The notes under the pieces: model-generated
Seen by the model: the letters and a program-made list of their open reading frames with translations, nothing else
Databases searched by the model: none
Told to the model about the DNA's origin: nothing
NCBI GenBank assembly: GCA_051439425.1
Contig: JBFRWD010000141.1
Coordinates: 1-58,269 of the forward strand
From: Synechococcus sp.
Lineage (GTDB): Bacteria; Cyanobacteriota; Cyanobacteriia; Thermostichales; PCC-7336
DNA: 58,269 nt
Direction of reading: 5' to 3'
Part shown: piece by piece, positions 49,584-58,269 of the stretch
Position numbering within the stretch: the first letter of the stretch is position 1
How the letters are laid out: every line of letters begins with the position of its first letter
Translations under genes and position numbers: made by a program

Positions 49584-49613
49584 AAAAAACTCCCCGACAT
49601 CCAGCCAGGGAGT
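49584..49613 (-). terminator. Intrinsic terminator of the DUF4347-lyase gene
   Basis: Minus strand ACTCCCTGGC-TGGAT-GTCGGGGAGT-TTTTT. Confidence 0.75.
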
Positions 49614-49668
49614 GAATTTGGTAGCGCCGAATCTGAGAATTTAGTAGATTCAGGGCTCGGATAGATCC

Positions 49669-51432
49669 TTATGCAGGCTCGACTTTCAAATAGTCAATGT
49701 TTGCACCTTCGGAGCCTGTCACACGGAGCCTAATCCTGTTCCGTCCTTTACTGAGCCTAATACGATTTTTGCTGCTTTCCCTCCACCTTGACCAGCTTCC
49801 AGTACTTCTAAAGTCCAAAGAGCGGTCTATCACTTTACCGTTTACGGTTAGTTGCAGCGGGCGATTGCCCCCATTTCCCAGTGCATACCTCCAGTCGAGA
49901 TTGTACAGTCCACCGGAATCAAGGTTGACATCCCACTCGATCCATTGACCCCATTTTTTAGTGAAGTCGGCGTATCTTCCATTAGAGCCATTACCTCTCT
50001 TTAAGCTAATGCCACCCGAGCGACGGGCACTTTCAGCTTGATAAAGCTTACTACCGCCTCTACCGCCGCTACCGCCACTAGTAGATTCAGAGCTGGGGGC
50101 TTGGCGAGAACTGGGCTCGGGAGGTAGAGACCCGGATGAAGAGGTAGCACCCGGAGTGAATTTGATGTCGTCGTAGTAGAGAACACGACGTGAGGTGCTC
50201 GATTTGCCGGGGCTAACGGTCCAGTCGGGTTTGTAAATACCGAATTTCATGTAAGGAGCAGCAGCATCGTTATACGAATTCGCGCCGTTATAGTTCAATA
50301 CCTGTTTGCCATTCTGGAAGACCCTGACAAAACCATCTCCCCGGTGGCTCCACTTGATTTGGAACCTCCAGCTCACCCATCTACCTTTCTGGAGGTTGCC
50401 ACTCCACGGATCGACTTCTTTGAACGTCCCTTTCTGTTTGGTATTGGTAACGCGGTCAGAATCGGATCGGATTACTAAAGCGTATCTGCCACCCTTGACC
50501 CTCAGTGCCATGGCAGCACGGCGAAAAGGCTCTCCAAGGTTGCGATCGGGCCTACCGTGCCATTGAGCAATGGTTTCAGCAGAACCGTCATTTTTCCAGT
50601 CGTTCGGGATGAAATTTTTGAACTCGTAGGTGTAGGTTTGTCCAAACCGGACACCATTCAGCTTGGGCACCAGTTCAGCACGATGCTTGTTCGAAACCTT
50701 AGGATCTCCACGGCGAAGGTCGAAGCGTACCACCTTGCCCGACCCCTGGGGGTTGTCGACAACGTTAACACCGTGCTTGGCCTTGTATTGAAGGGCGAAC
50801 TTTCCAGACAGGGAACCGTTGTTAAAGTCGTGGCTGAATCGTTGCAGAATCGATTCGTAGGATTCCGTTGCTTTGGCGCTGAGAGGAGATTTCGTATCGA
50901 TCTCGCCCGTGGCGTACTCCAGATCCCAGTCGCCGCCTAGCACGCTACTTCCCGTCAGGTCGGTTGAGGCTGCAATGTCAGCACCGGTTAATTGGTCAAT
51001 CTCATTGACCAACGCTTTTCCGTCCAAGCTACCAGCAATATTGCATCCGTAGAACAGGATATCGGCATCATCAGTCAATGAAGCGCGCCAGCTTTCCAGT
51101 GCGTCTTGATAACGACCGATGTTTTCAGACGATAGGGCTGAAGAGCCCAATTGAACTTCGTCAGTATCGCCGTGAGACAAAATGTGGATGCTTTCAACAT
51201 TCCGGACATCAGCCAGCTCATCAGTAATGGCAAAGATGCCGTCTTCCGCACCGTCGAGATAGATGACCTTTGCATTACGGTCTACATCAGCGATCAGCTG
51301 CTCGGCATTTTCGACTGAAGAGTCTACAACGACAAGGCTGTTGCTGGTGCCGCGAGACGGCAAGAGACCCTGTTCCTGAATATTGGCTGCAACGACAGTC
51401 TCTTGCCCGTTTAAATGAGCATCGGCGTTCAT
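49669..51432 (-). CDS. DUF4347 + polysaccharide-lyase-like domain + CBM6/CBM35-like module
   Basis: DUF4347 (IHILSHG, ILFYGC, TGADIAASTDLTG...GGDWDLE); lyase-like RAEL, IAQWH, PYMKFGIYK, YYDD; S/G linker; YQAE...W....GANIDYL carbohydrate-binding module. Confidence 0.8.
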   Translation of the reverse strand: MNADAHLNGQETVVAANIQEQGLLPSRGTSNSLVVVDSSVENAEQLIADVDRNAKVIYLDGAEDGIFAITDELADVRNVESIHILSHGDTDEVQLGSSALSSENIGRYQDALESWRASLTDDADILFYGCNIAGSLDGKALVNEIDQLTGADIAASTDLTGSSVLGGDWDLEYATGEIDTKSPLSAKATESYESILQRFSHDFNNGSLSGKFALQYKAKHGVNVVDNPQGSGKVVRFDLRRGDPKVSNKHRAELVPKLNGVRFGQTYTYEFKNFIPNDWKNDGSAETIAQWHGRPDRNLGEPFRRAAMALRVKGGRYALVIRSDSDRVTNTKQKGTFKEVDPWSGNLQKGRWVSWRFQIKWSHRGDGFVRVFQNGKQVLNYNGANSYNDAAAPYMKFGIYKPDWTVSPGKSSTSRRVLYYDDIKFTPGATSSSGSLPPEPSSRQAPSSESTSGGSGGRGGSKLYQAESARRSGGISLKRGNGSNGRYADFTKKWGQWIEWDVNLDSGGLYNLDWRYALGNGGNRPLQLTVNGKVIDRSLDFRSTGSWSRWRESSKNRIRLSKGRNRIRLRVTGSEGANIDYLKVEPA

Positions 51433-52881
51433 AGATCGATCCCCTAGTGGTACGTGAATATCGAATGACTTTGCGCTTCGGAGCCTGCCACCTACGTCGT
51501 CAATGCGTGGTACGTATATGTGGAGCTTTCACGAAATAGCGCTGATTGCGAAGGATGCAAGTGGTGCTACGGCACCAATAGAATTTCCGCTGTGGACGTG
51601 CCAGCCCGGGCACAACTGTCAGTACCCCTGAAGCAGAAGAGGACGCGCATTGGTCTCATGCAACAGATATTGCTTCGCCTCAACATTCTCAGCGGACGAC
51701 ATCCATCCAGGTGCATACGGTCGTTCTAGTTCGGGAAACATAAATAGATAAGAAGAGAGCTTCAAGAACGAATACGCTTGCGTATGACTGCACTAAAAAT
51801 TCAAATCCCACACGCAAAAGTCCACTCGTAAATCAGGAAGATAGAGACATCATTCTCAGAGAGAAAGCACTCAAATGAGTTCACACAATTGTGCGATCGT
51901 CACCAACCCTGATCACGGGGAAAGACCGAGTACTTTAAGCGGGCCGCCTAGCTATCACGGGATCCACCCCTCAGATATGAACCTGAAATTTAGTAGTCCC
52001 GCTAGCTCGTGCCAGACATGCATTTGTATCGTTCACGTAAAGCAATATGGCAGTAGAAAGTAAAGCAATGATAAAGGTCATAGTCAAAATAGAATCGCTC
52101 GTGCTAACGACCTCTCGAATGCTCGGCCCAGCAAGGGTTTTTGGCGATCGTATTTTTTTAATATTCTTTCAAAGCATTGCCTAGATTGCCGTCCATCCAT
52201 CACATAGAACCTATACCTTGGTGACAACGACATAGATATGTGCGTGGTAAATTATTTTATACAACACAAAACACACTCTACATCCACAAAACATGTATCC
52301 TATTAAGCATTGAGTGTCTCCTTTTCTGCTCAACCAGAAAGCCGTTTGTTACACCTTATTGACGAGAGCGACGGACTATATATGTGTTTGTTTTGCATTG
52401 TGTAAGGTGATTTTGCAGAACCAATCAACAATGACTAGCAAGAATCAGGACAGGTTTTGAAAATGGGTGGGTTGCGCCCGAATTGTTCGAGACATCAAAC
52501 CATTCCTTCGAGGCCCAAACACCGAATGATTTGTTTAAAAATTGATAATTTTGTGTACTGTAGCTTGATGTGAAGTTCAATATTTTATTCGGCCGAAAAG
52601 ACGCGTAAGTTATTAGTAGTAAATGGGGCGTTATTGCGTCAGATTCATGTAGCCAATATGGCGCGATCGCCAGTTTTGAATTGCGCGCTTGAGCATTGAC
52701 CATACAGCCGCAATATGTGTCTATTCAGCATTGGTGAGAAGAGCTGGGCTTGCTTACGATTGCCAGCGGGGCCTTGAATTCCGTATCTAGCGTTGTCAGA
52801 TGTTGTATCCTTCAGGTAGCCGCTATCTGTAAAATTGCAGCCTGCTCGTGCCTTTTTTCGAGCTGGGGCGCATGTTAAGGG

Positions 52882-52932
52882 CATCTATCGGTCTGAGACA
52901 TCTGTGAGTCAGAAACATCTATGAGTCTCAAA
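52882..52932. repeat. 17-bp imperfect tandem repeat x3 overlapping the nurA start codon
   Basis: CATCTATCGGTCTGAGA / CATCTGTGAGTCAGAAA / CATCTATGAGTCTCAAA. Confidence 0.7.
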
Positions 52933-54117
52933 ACAGCGCGACTCTTCGATCTGTTAGAGCGCAAGCGCGATGCGTTTGCCAATTTTGATTCGGATGCCGT
53001 GTTTCGGCGCGGGGAATATGTCAAGGCGCTGAAGCGGCTGACCAAACTGAGTCACGCTGATATTGTCGCCAGCTTGGCGGATAGCGAAGCCCCAGGAGCC
53101 TTGCCGACGGAGGAATGGGATGTCGGGCACAAGTGGCGGGTGAAATTTAACTCAAATTGGAAGAACCGGGAGGAAAGCAACCGCTGGGTGGCGCAGACGA
53201 TTGAAAACGTACCGACATTCGCGGTGGATGGATCGCAGATCTATTTGAGTAAGGATGTCTCGATTCCGGTGGCACTGGTGCAGGTGGGCTGGTACGAGAA
53301 TTTTCACTGCCAGGCGGGAAAGTACGAAAAAGATATTCAGCTAGATGTACTGGCTCCGGATGACTTGGAGGCAAGCAGTAGCGGGGAGCCGCGCGAGCAG
53401 CGAGTGAATTTGCGACGGTTCCAGTTGGAATGCGATCGCCTGACTCAGTACTTGACCCAACATTCCGGGGGAGAACAGCGGTTGGCCTTTTTCGATGGTG
53501 CTCTGGTGGCCACCTTTGCCGAAGCCTACGAGCCGTCGGTACGGTCTGCCTATGTCAACTCTATTTTGCCGATGTTGCGAGCGAGCGAAACTAGCAAAGT
53601 TCCTTTGGTGGCCTACGTCGATACCACCTACACCCGCGATTTGACGGCGATGTTGCAACACCTGTTCGGGTTGCCGGATGCGCCGCAGGTGAACGACGCG
53701 CAGTTGATGGACAGCATGTTGCAGTGGGGCGATCGCACTCCCTTCTTTATATGCGCGCGGGGAGGGGCGCAGCGAGGACAAGAAAGCATCTTGACGGATT
53801 ATGGCCCCATGCGCGATCAGGTGGGGTTTGTCTACCTAAAGACGAATGGGGATAACTATCCAGTGCGGCTGGAAATGCCGGTGTGGATTCACGAGGCGGG
53901 GCTGCTGGATTGGGTGGTGGATATCGTGCGGTGCGAGGTGATTATCGGCAAGGGTTATCCCTACGCGATCGAGACGGCGGACCAGACGGCGGTGTTGCGG
54001 GCAGAGGATCGCAGCACGTTTATGCGAGTGTTACAGGATTGGTCGGCACGGTACGAGTTGGAGTTGCGGCTGTCTCGCAAGATGACCAGTAAATTACGGC
54101 GGAGGCGGGTGCGATGA
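52921..54117 (+). CDS. nurA: NurA-family nuclease
   Basis: RNase H-fold motifs FAVDGSQ, FFDGAL, RLEMP and GYPYAIETAD. Confidence 0.85.
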   Translation: MSLKTARLFDLLERKRDAFANFDSDAVFRRGEYVKALKRLTKLSHADIVASLADSEAPGALPTEEWDVGHKWRVKFNSNWKNREESNRWVAQTIENVPTFAVDGSQIYLSKDVSIPVALVQVGWYENFHCQAGKYEKDIQLDVLAPDDLEASSSGEPREQRVNLRRFQLECDRLTQYLTQHSGGEQRLAFFDGALVATFAEAYEPSVRSAYVNSILPMLRASETSKVPLVAYVDTTYTRDLTAMLQHLFGLPDAPQVNDAQLMDSMLQWGDRTPFFICARGGAQRGQESILTDYGPMRDQVGFVYLKTNGDNYPVRLEMPVWIHEAGLLDWVVDIVRCEVIIGKGYPYAIETADQTAVLRAEDRSTFMRVLQDWSARYELELRLSRKMTSKLRRRRVR

Positions 54118-55013
54118 GTTCCGGTGCGGGTGAGACCGATCGCAAACAGCGATCGCCAAAGTCCGGAGGTTCCAAAGCTGGGACGTCCAAAGCAAGTTCT
54201 GCAAAAGCAAGTCGCTCGAAAGCCAAGAGAGCGAAAACGGGCACTTCTTCAAAGTCAGAAATATCAGAATCAAAACAATCGCAAAACATAACGCCTGCGG
54301 AGGAGTTTCAGGTGGGGATTTTTGGTGGAGGCGATCCGAGTAGCGACTGGGATTCAGGACTGAACGAGGCTATGGATGTTGATGGCATGAAGTTGGGGAA
54401 GGTGGTTAAGTCCAACAGCCACTGCGATTACGTGGTGCAGGTGGACGATCGCCTGGAAGTGGCCGACCCGCCATCAGGGTCTGATTATGGCTTTGGCAGT
54501 TTTGTGAAGCTGATGGTGGAGGACGAGCGGGAACCGGTGTGTGCGGTGGGGGTGGTGTATAACACCCAGTTATTTAACCCCTCTTTCTTGAATACTGGGC
54601 CGAGGCTGTCGAGCGACCCCAGTCCTATTTTTGCACCGGATTTGCAAACAGAAATTCGCACCTTGCTGAACGTAGCGTTGGTGGGGACGTTGGAGTTGCC
54701 GCCTCCGGCTCCGGCGGATAGTCGAGCCAAGGCGTACGGAGTGCAGGGGATTCCGCGCTTGGTGGTGCCGGTGAATACCTGCTCGTATGCCATGACAGAA
54801 GACGAAATTTATCGCTTCCATCGCGATCGCGCTGGGGATTTGCAGCTGACGTACTACGGTTTGCTGCTAAATAATGGCGGACCGTTTGCACAGCAGCTAA
54901 TCTGTCAGGTGCTCGATCAAGTCAGCGATATGTTTTACGGCAGTCAGAAGCGAGCGCTGGAGATTCTCAGTCGAGAGCTGTCCTGGAAAATCACGATGGG
55001 AGCAATGCGGTGA
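54114..55013 (+). CDS. Stand-alone HAS-barrel-like protein with a basic low-complexity N-terminal extension
   Basis: Core MKLGKVVKSNSHCDYVVQV...FGSFVK...VGVVYN...LVG (from the ATG at 54387) resembles the HerA N-terminal barrel; start overlaps the nurA stop (ATGA). Confidence 0.7.
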   Translation: MSSGAGETDRKQRSPKSGGSKAGTSKASSAKASRSKAKRAKTGTSSKSEISESKQSQNITPAEEFQVGIFGGGDPSSDWDSGLNEAMDVDGMKLGKVVKSNSHCDYVVQVDDRLEVADPPSGSDYGFGSFVKLMVEDEREPVCAVGVVYNTQLFNPSFLNTGPRLSSDPSPIFAPDLQTEIRTLLNVALVGTLELPPPAPADSRAKAYGVQGIPRLVVPVNTCSYAMTEDEIYRFHRDRAGDLQLTYYGLLLNNGGPFAQQLICQVLDQVSDMFYGSQKRALEILSRELSWKITMGAMR

Positions 55014-56677
55014 TTCACGCCATTGAGAAAGAGCGCGCCATCGGCACGGTGAAAGGGCCGGGTGAAACGGCCAACCAATACGTGTTTATTACTTCCGACA
55101 GCACGTTGGTGAAGGTGGGGGAATACGTTTACTACAACACGGCAGATGCAGACCCCGAACGCTCCAAGCAAATCTTGGGAAAGATCTCGGATTTGGCGTT
55201 GATCGACCATTTGCCCGATCGCATTTTCTCCGACACCGATATTGACCCCAGCGCGATCGCCTCTCTGGTGGGATTCTTCCATCCCAATCCCGAAATCTAC
55301 TCCGTTTCGGTGGATGTGATTGGCTTTTTCCATCCGGCGTTGGGGTTTATGAACCCGCGTCAGGCTCCCGAGCCGGGGGCGAAGGTGCATTTGGCACCGG
55401 ATGACATGCTGAGGAAGGTTCTGAATAAGAAGTCGTCTGACGATATTGGTGGGGCGTCGGTTGGAAACTTATTGCTACGGGAAGAGGGGACGGTGCCGGT
55501 TGTTCTTGATGTCAAAGAGCTAGTCAGTACGCATTTGGCGATTTTGGCCGGTACGGGCTCGGGGAAATCGTATACGGCAGGGGTGCTATTAGAAGAATTG
55601 ATGCTACCCAAGAATCGAGCGGCTGTGTTGGTGTTTGACCCACATGGGGAGTACCACACCCTGTCAGCATTACAGGGTCATCCAGCGTTTGAAGGAGAGG
55701 ATGGCTATCAGCCGAAGGTAAAGATTTTCACGCCAGACGAGGTGCGGATTCGGATTTCGTCGCTGACCTTCCCGGATATTTTGACGCTGTTGCCGGAGAT
55801 GTCGGAGCGGCAGAAGGCGTTTTTAGAAAAAGCGTTTCGAATGACGACACAGTTTAACGAACACCGTTGGACGATTCCCGATTTGATTGACACCATTAAC
55901 AGCTTGGATGCTGGGGAAGAGGGGCAGCAGGGGTCGTCGGCGGCGGCGCTGGAATGGAAGTTAGACAAGATCGAGCGTTCGGAGTATTTCAGCAATCACG
56001 AGCATTCGGTGTCACCATCAGAGTTATTTGAGCCGGGGCAACTGACGATTTTGCAAATGAACGAAATTAGTCAGGAAGAGCAGCAGGTGATTGCAGCGGC
56101 GGTGTTGCGGCAAACGAATAATGCCCGCATGAATACCCACAAGGAGAAGGTGAGCGAGGGGGATGAGAATTATTTGCCCTGTCCGGTGTTTATTTTGTTG
56201 GAGGAAGCACATCGCTTTGCTCCAGCGCACGAGCCGTCGCGCTGCAAGCAGGTGTTGCGGACAATTTTGAGCGAGGGGCGCAAGTTTGGTCTGGGCGTGG
56301 GCTTGATTCCGCAGCGTCCGGGGAAGTTGGAGTCGGATAGTTGGTCGCAGTGCATGAGCCAGTTTTTGATGCGGATTGTGAATCCGATCGACCAGGAGAA
56401 TTTGAAGCATGGCGTTGAGGCGGCGGGGCGAGATTTGTTGAGTGAATTGCCGGCGTTGACGAAGGGGCAAGCGATTATTGCGGGGGTTTGCGTGAATACG
56501 CCAGTGTTGTGCAAGATTCGGCAGCGGTTGACGAAGCACGGTGGCGAGACGATGGATGTGTTGGGGTTATGGCAGGGGCATTTTCAGACGCATCGGAAGA
56601 GCGATCGGCGGGCGAAAGCGGCGTTGCCGAAGGCTAGGAAGATGCCGCAGACGGTTGATGGGTTGAGCATTGATTAG
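55010..56677 (+). CDS. herA: HerA-family (DUF87) ATPase/helicase
   Basis: N-terminal HAS barrel (IGTVKG, KVGEYV), THLAILAGTGSGKS, FDPHGEY, LLEEAHRF, EGRKFG, QRP; GTGA overlap with the upstream gene. Confidence 0.9.
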   Translation: MIHAIEKERAIGTVKGPGETANQYVFITSDSTLVKVGEYVYYNTADADPERSKQILGKISDLALIDHLPDRIFSDTDIDPSAIASLVGFFHPNPEIYSVSVDVIGFFHPALGFMNPRQAPEPGAKVHLAPDDMLRKVLNKKSSDDIGGASVGNLLLREEGTVPVVLDVKELVSTHLAILAGTGSGKSYTAGVLLEELMLPKNRAAVLVFDPHGEYHTLSALQGHPAFEGEDGYQPKVKIFTPDEVRIRISSLTFPDILTLLPEMSERQKAFLEKAFRMTTQFNEHRWTIPDLIDTINSLDAGEEGQQGSSAAALEWKLDKIERSEYFSNHEHSVSPSELFEPGQLTILQMNEISQEEQQVIAAAVLRQTNNARMNTHKEKVSEGDENYLPCPVFILLEEAHRFAPAHEPSRCKQVLRTILSEGRKFGLGVGLIPQRPGKLESDSWSQCMSQFLMRIVNPIDQENLKHGVEAAGRDLLSELPALTKGQAIIAGVCVNTPVLCKIRQRLTKHGGETMDVLGLWQGHFQTHRKSDRRAKAALPKARKMPQTVDGLSID

Positions 56678-56797
56678 GAAAGCTGCAGCCAAAACAACGT
56701 TTTCTCTCATAAAATGGCATGCACATCCCCGCATTTATCCTGACAATTCACAGGAATTTTTGAAGCTCGATTTGATATGAAGGAAGAGATATTAAAG

Positions 56798-58057
56798 CTA
56801 GGAGTTATCCATAAATTTTATTGCTCGGTCGATGAGACGCCTTTTATTCCTCAGAATATCTATATCTTTCGGGAGATCAAGAAATGAATTTGCTTCTTCT
56901 ACACATGAAAAAATGTGGGGATTAAGTATATGATAAAAAAATAGATTGTAGAAATATGATTGCAGCTGTAAACAGCAATGCTTCGGAGTCGGGCTTACTA
57001 TTCCAGCATGAATAGCTTCATTTCTTACTGCTTTCAATTGTTCTAGGATTTGTGAATGATATTCTCTATCGTCAAATAAGAATGAGCATCTTCTAACAAG
57101 TGGATCGTAGTTTGAACCTGATGATGTTGCCAGCGATTCAAGAGCTCCCCATAACTTCAGAAAAGCAGTGTTATGATCTGCTTCATCTAATGATTGGACA
57201 TATCTTATCAAAACATCTTGTAATTTATTCCGATCTGCAGGAGGATAGCTATCTATTCCTTTAAACACTTTTCTGCCAATCTTCTTGAACCCATTTTTTA
57301 GTGACTGGGAGGTTATCGGTTGTTTTCTTTGATATTTTGGGTTGAGAAGAGCCCCCTGAGTTAATGCCATGCCACTATGGTCATGGATGGTATGAATTTC
57401 TCCTAAACATATTTGATTGATGGGCTCTGGTAAAGATTTTGGATTCAATAGATCGAGTAAGTCTATTCCGCCCAATTCTGAGTTTATAAGACAAAGTGTT
57501 GCTCTAAGCATTTCTAAAGCCTTGATAGCTTTTTCTGCCGCTAGCTTAAAATGATTGCTTCTAACAACGACAACTACCTTTCCATAATCGTTAGATAAAT
57601 CATCGATATGTTTGTGCTTGGCTATGATATCTTTTCTTCCTAGATATTGACGGGGATAGGACTTAAGAATTTTGATTTGGCATCCGTCGATACTAATTCG
57701 ACTGACTGGGAAAGGGGGCTGTAAAGATATTGATGTGAGAATGGAGAATTCTTTTTCTCTACGCTGACATTCTATTCGAAAGCATTGATTAATTGCCTCC
57801 AAAATATCGCTCTCTTCAACCGTAGAGTCAGATTTTCGATAGGCCAGTGAAATAGCATCTGTTACCAAGTTTTCCTTGTTGTAGACGTCCATGTCAGTAG
57901 GAAAGTCAAGCATATTCTGAAGTGCTGACACGGCGTTAAAATACTCGAGCGAGTAAATACTGAGTCTTCCATCATGAGAGATAGATATTATTTCTGAAAT
58001 CTTCTTGATAATTACCTTTGGCCTGAGACTCTTATTTCTCTTCCACTTTACAGGCAT
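56798..58057 (-). CDS. HEPN-domain (Apea-like) protein, putative RNase
   Basis: C-terminal AFLKLWGALESL...LKAVRNEAIHAG (RxxxxH); strongly AT-rich; no HIP1 sites seen. Confidence 0.7.
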   Translation of the reverse strand: MPVKWKRNKSLRPKVIIKKISEIISISHDGRLSIYSLEYFNAVSALQNMLDFPTDMDVYNKENLVTDAISLAYRKSDSTVEESDILEAINQCFRIECQRREKEFSILTSISLQPPFPVSRISIDGCQIKILKSYPRQYLGRKDIIAKHKHIDDLSNDYGKVVVVVRSNHFKLAAEKAIKALEMLRATLCLINSELGGIDLLDLLNPKSLPEPINQICLGEIHTIHDHSGMALTQGALLNPKYQRKQPITSQSLKNGFKKIGRKVFKGIDSYPPADRNKLQDVLIRYVQSLDEADHNTAFLKLWGALESLATSSGSNYDPLVRRCSFLFDDREYHSQILEQLKAVRNEAIHAGIVSPTPKHCCLQLQSYFYNLFFYHILNPHIFSCVEEANSFLDLPKDIDILRNKRRLIDRAIKFMDNS

Positions 58058-58269
58058 GACCTATTTCCCTTGGGATCTATGCTGAGCAGATGTTTCCCAA
58101 ACCTGTTTGGGGAATTACTTTTTGTCTGTCATTCCTTGGAATATTTGAATAGCTTTAGTACATTATTTTTATGGCGCGATTATTTTTTTGTTACTGACTT
58201 TGACCTGAGTACAGGACAAAAGCTTGAAAAGGAACAGAGGTGGGGGTTTCGTAGGATAACCACAACCAA

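Noticed and set aside
51608..51675. Faint resemblance to a c-di-GMP-I riboswitch (GGGCA...GGACGC...GGTCT)
   Set aside because: Lacks the GAAA tetraloop and GCAAA core, and is on the strand opposite to the nearest gene.
52425..52884. Minus-strand ORFs of 92 and 79 aa upstream of nurA
   Set aside because: No motifs or RBS, non-protein-like composition.
56024..56539. 171-aa ORF antisense to herA
   Set aside because: Expected shadow ORF from codon bias; no independent coding evidence.

Overview
A 58-kb chromosomal segment of a cyanobacterium, inferred from dense HIP1 GCGATCGC octamers and cyanobacteria-type genes (ycf52, CYP38-like cyclophilin, pilB-pilT-pilC, DUF1400 hydrolase). Most of it is housekeeping: ubiA (partial), a phosphohexomutase, mrp/apbC, acpS, rbp, lpxD, dacB, HelY-type helicase, ccdA, aas, nanE, mnmE, dxr, aspA, pilBTC, hemE, grxD, rimI, iscS. 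The items most worth a second look are: (i) a ZIP-fold transporter with an intact cyclic-nucleotide-binding domain inserted in its large loop; (ii) a translationally coupled nurA / HAS-barrel / herA operon, with a 17-bp triple repeat over the nurA start codon, a histone-like basic tail on the middle protein, and a convergent AT-rich HEPN (RxxxxH) gene; (iii) an aas - acyltransferase - MFSD2/GPH-like transporter cluster that looks like a split lysolipid-recycling module; (iv) a DUF4347-polysaccharide lyase-CBM fusion; (v) a candidate structured RNA between grxD and hemE; (vi) two short MITE-like families with two copies each, a DinB pseudogene and an unannotated-looking 61-aa microprotein. No rRNA, tRNA, CRISPR array or transposase was found. 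All family calls come from motif recognition by eye; no database search was run.
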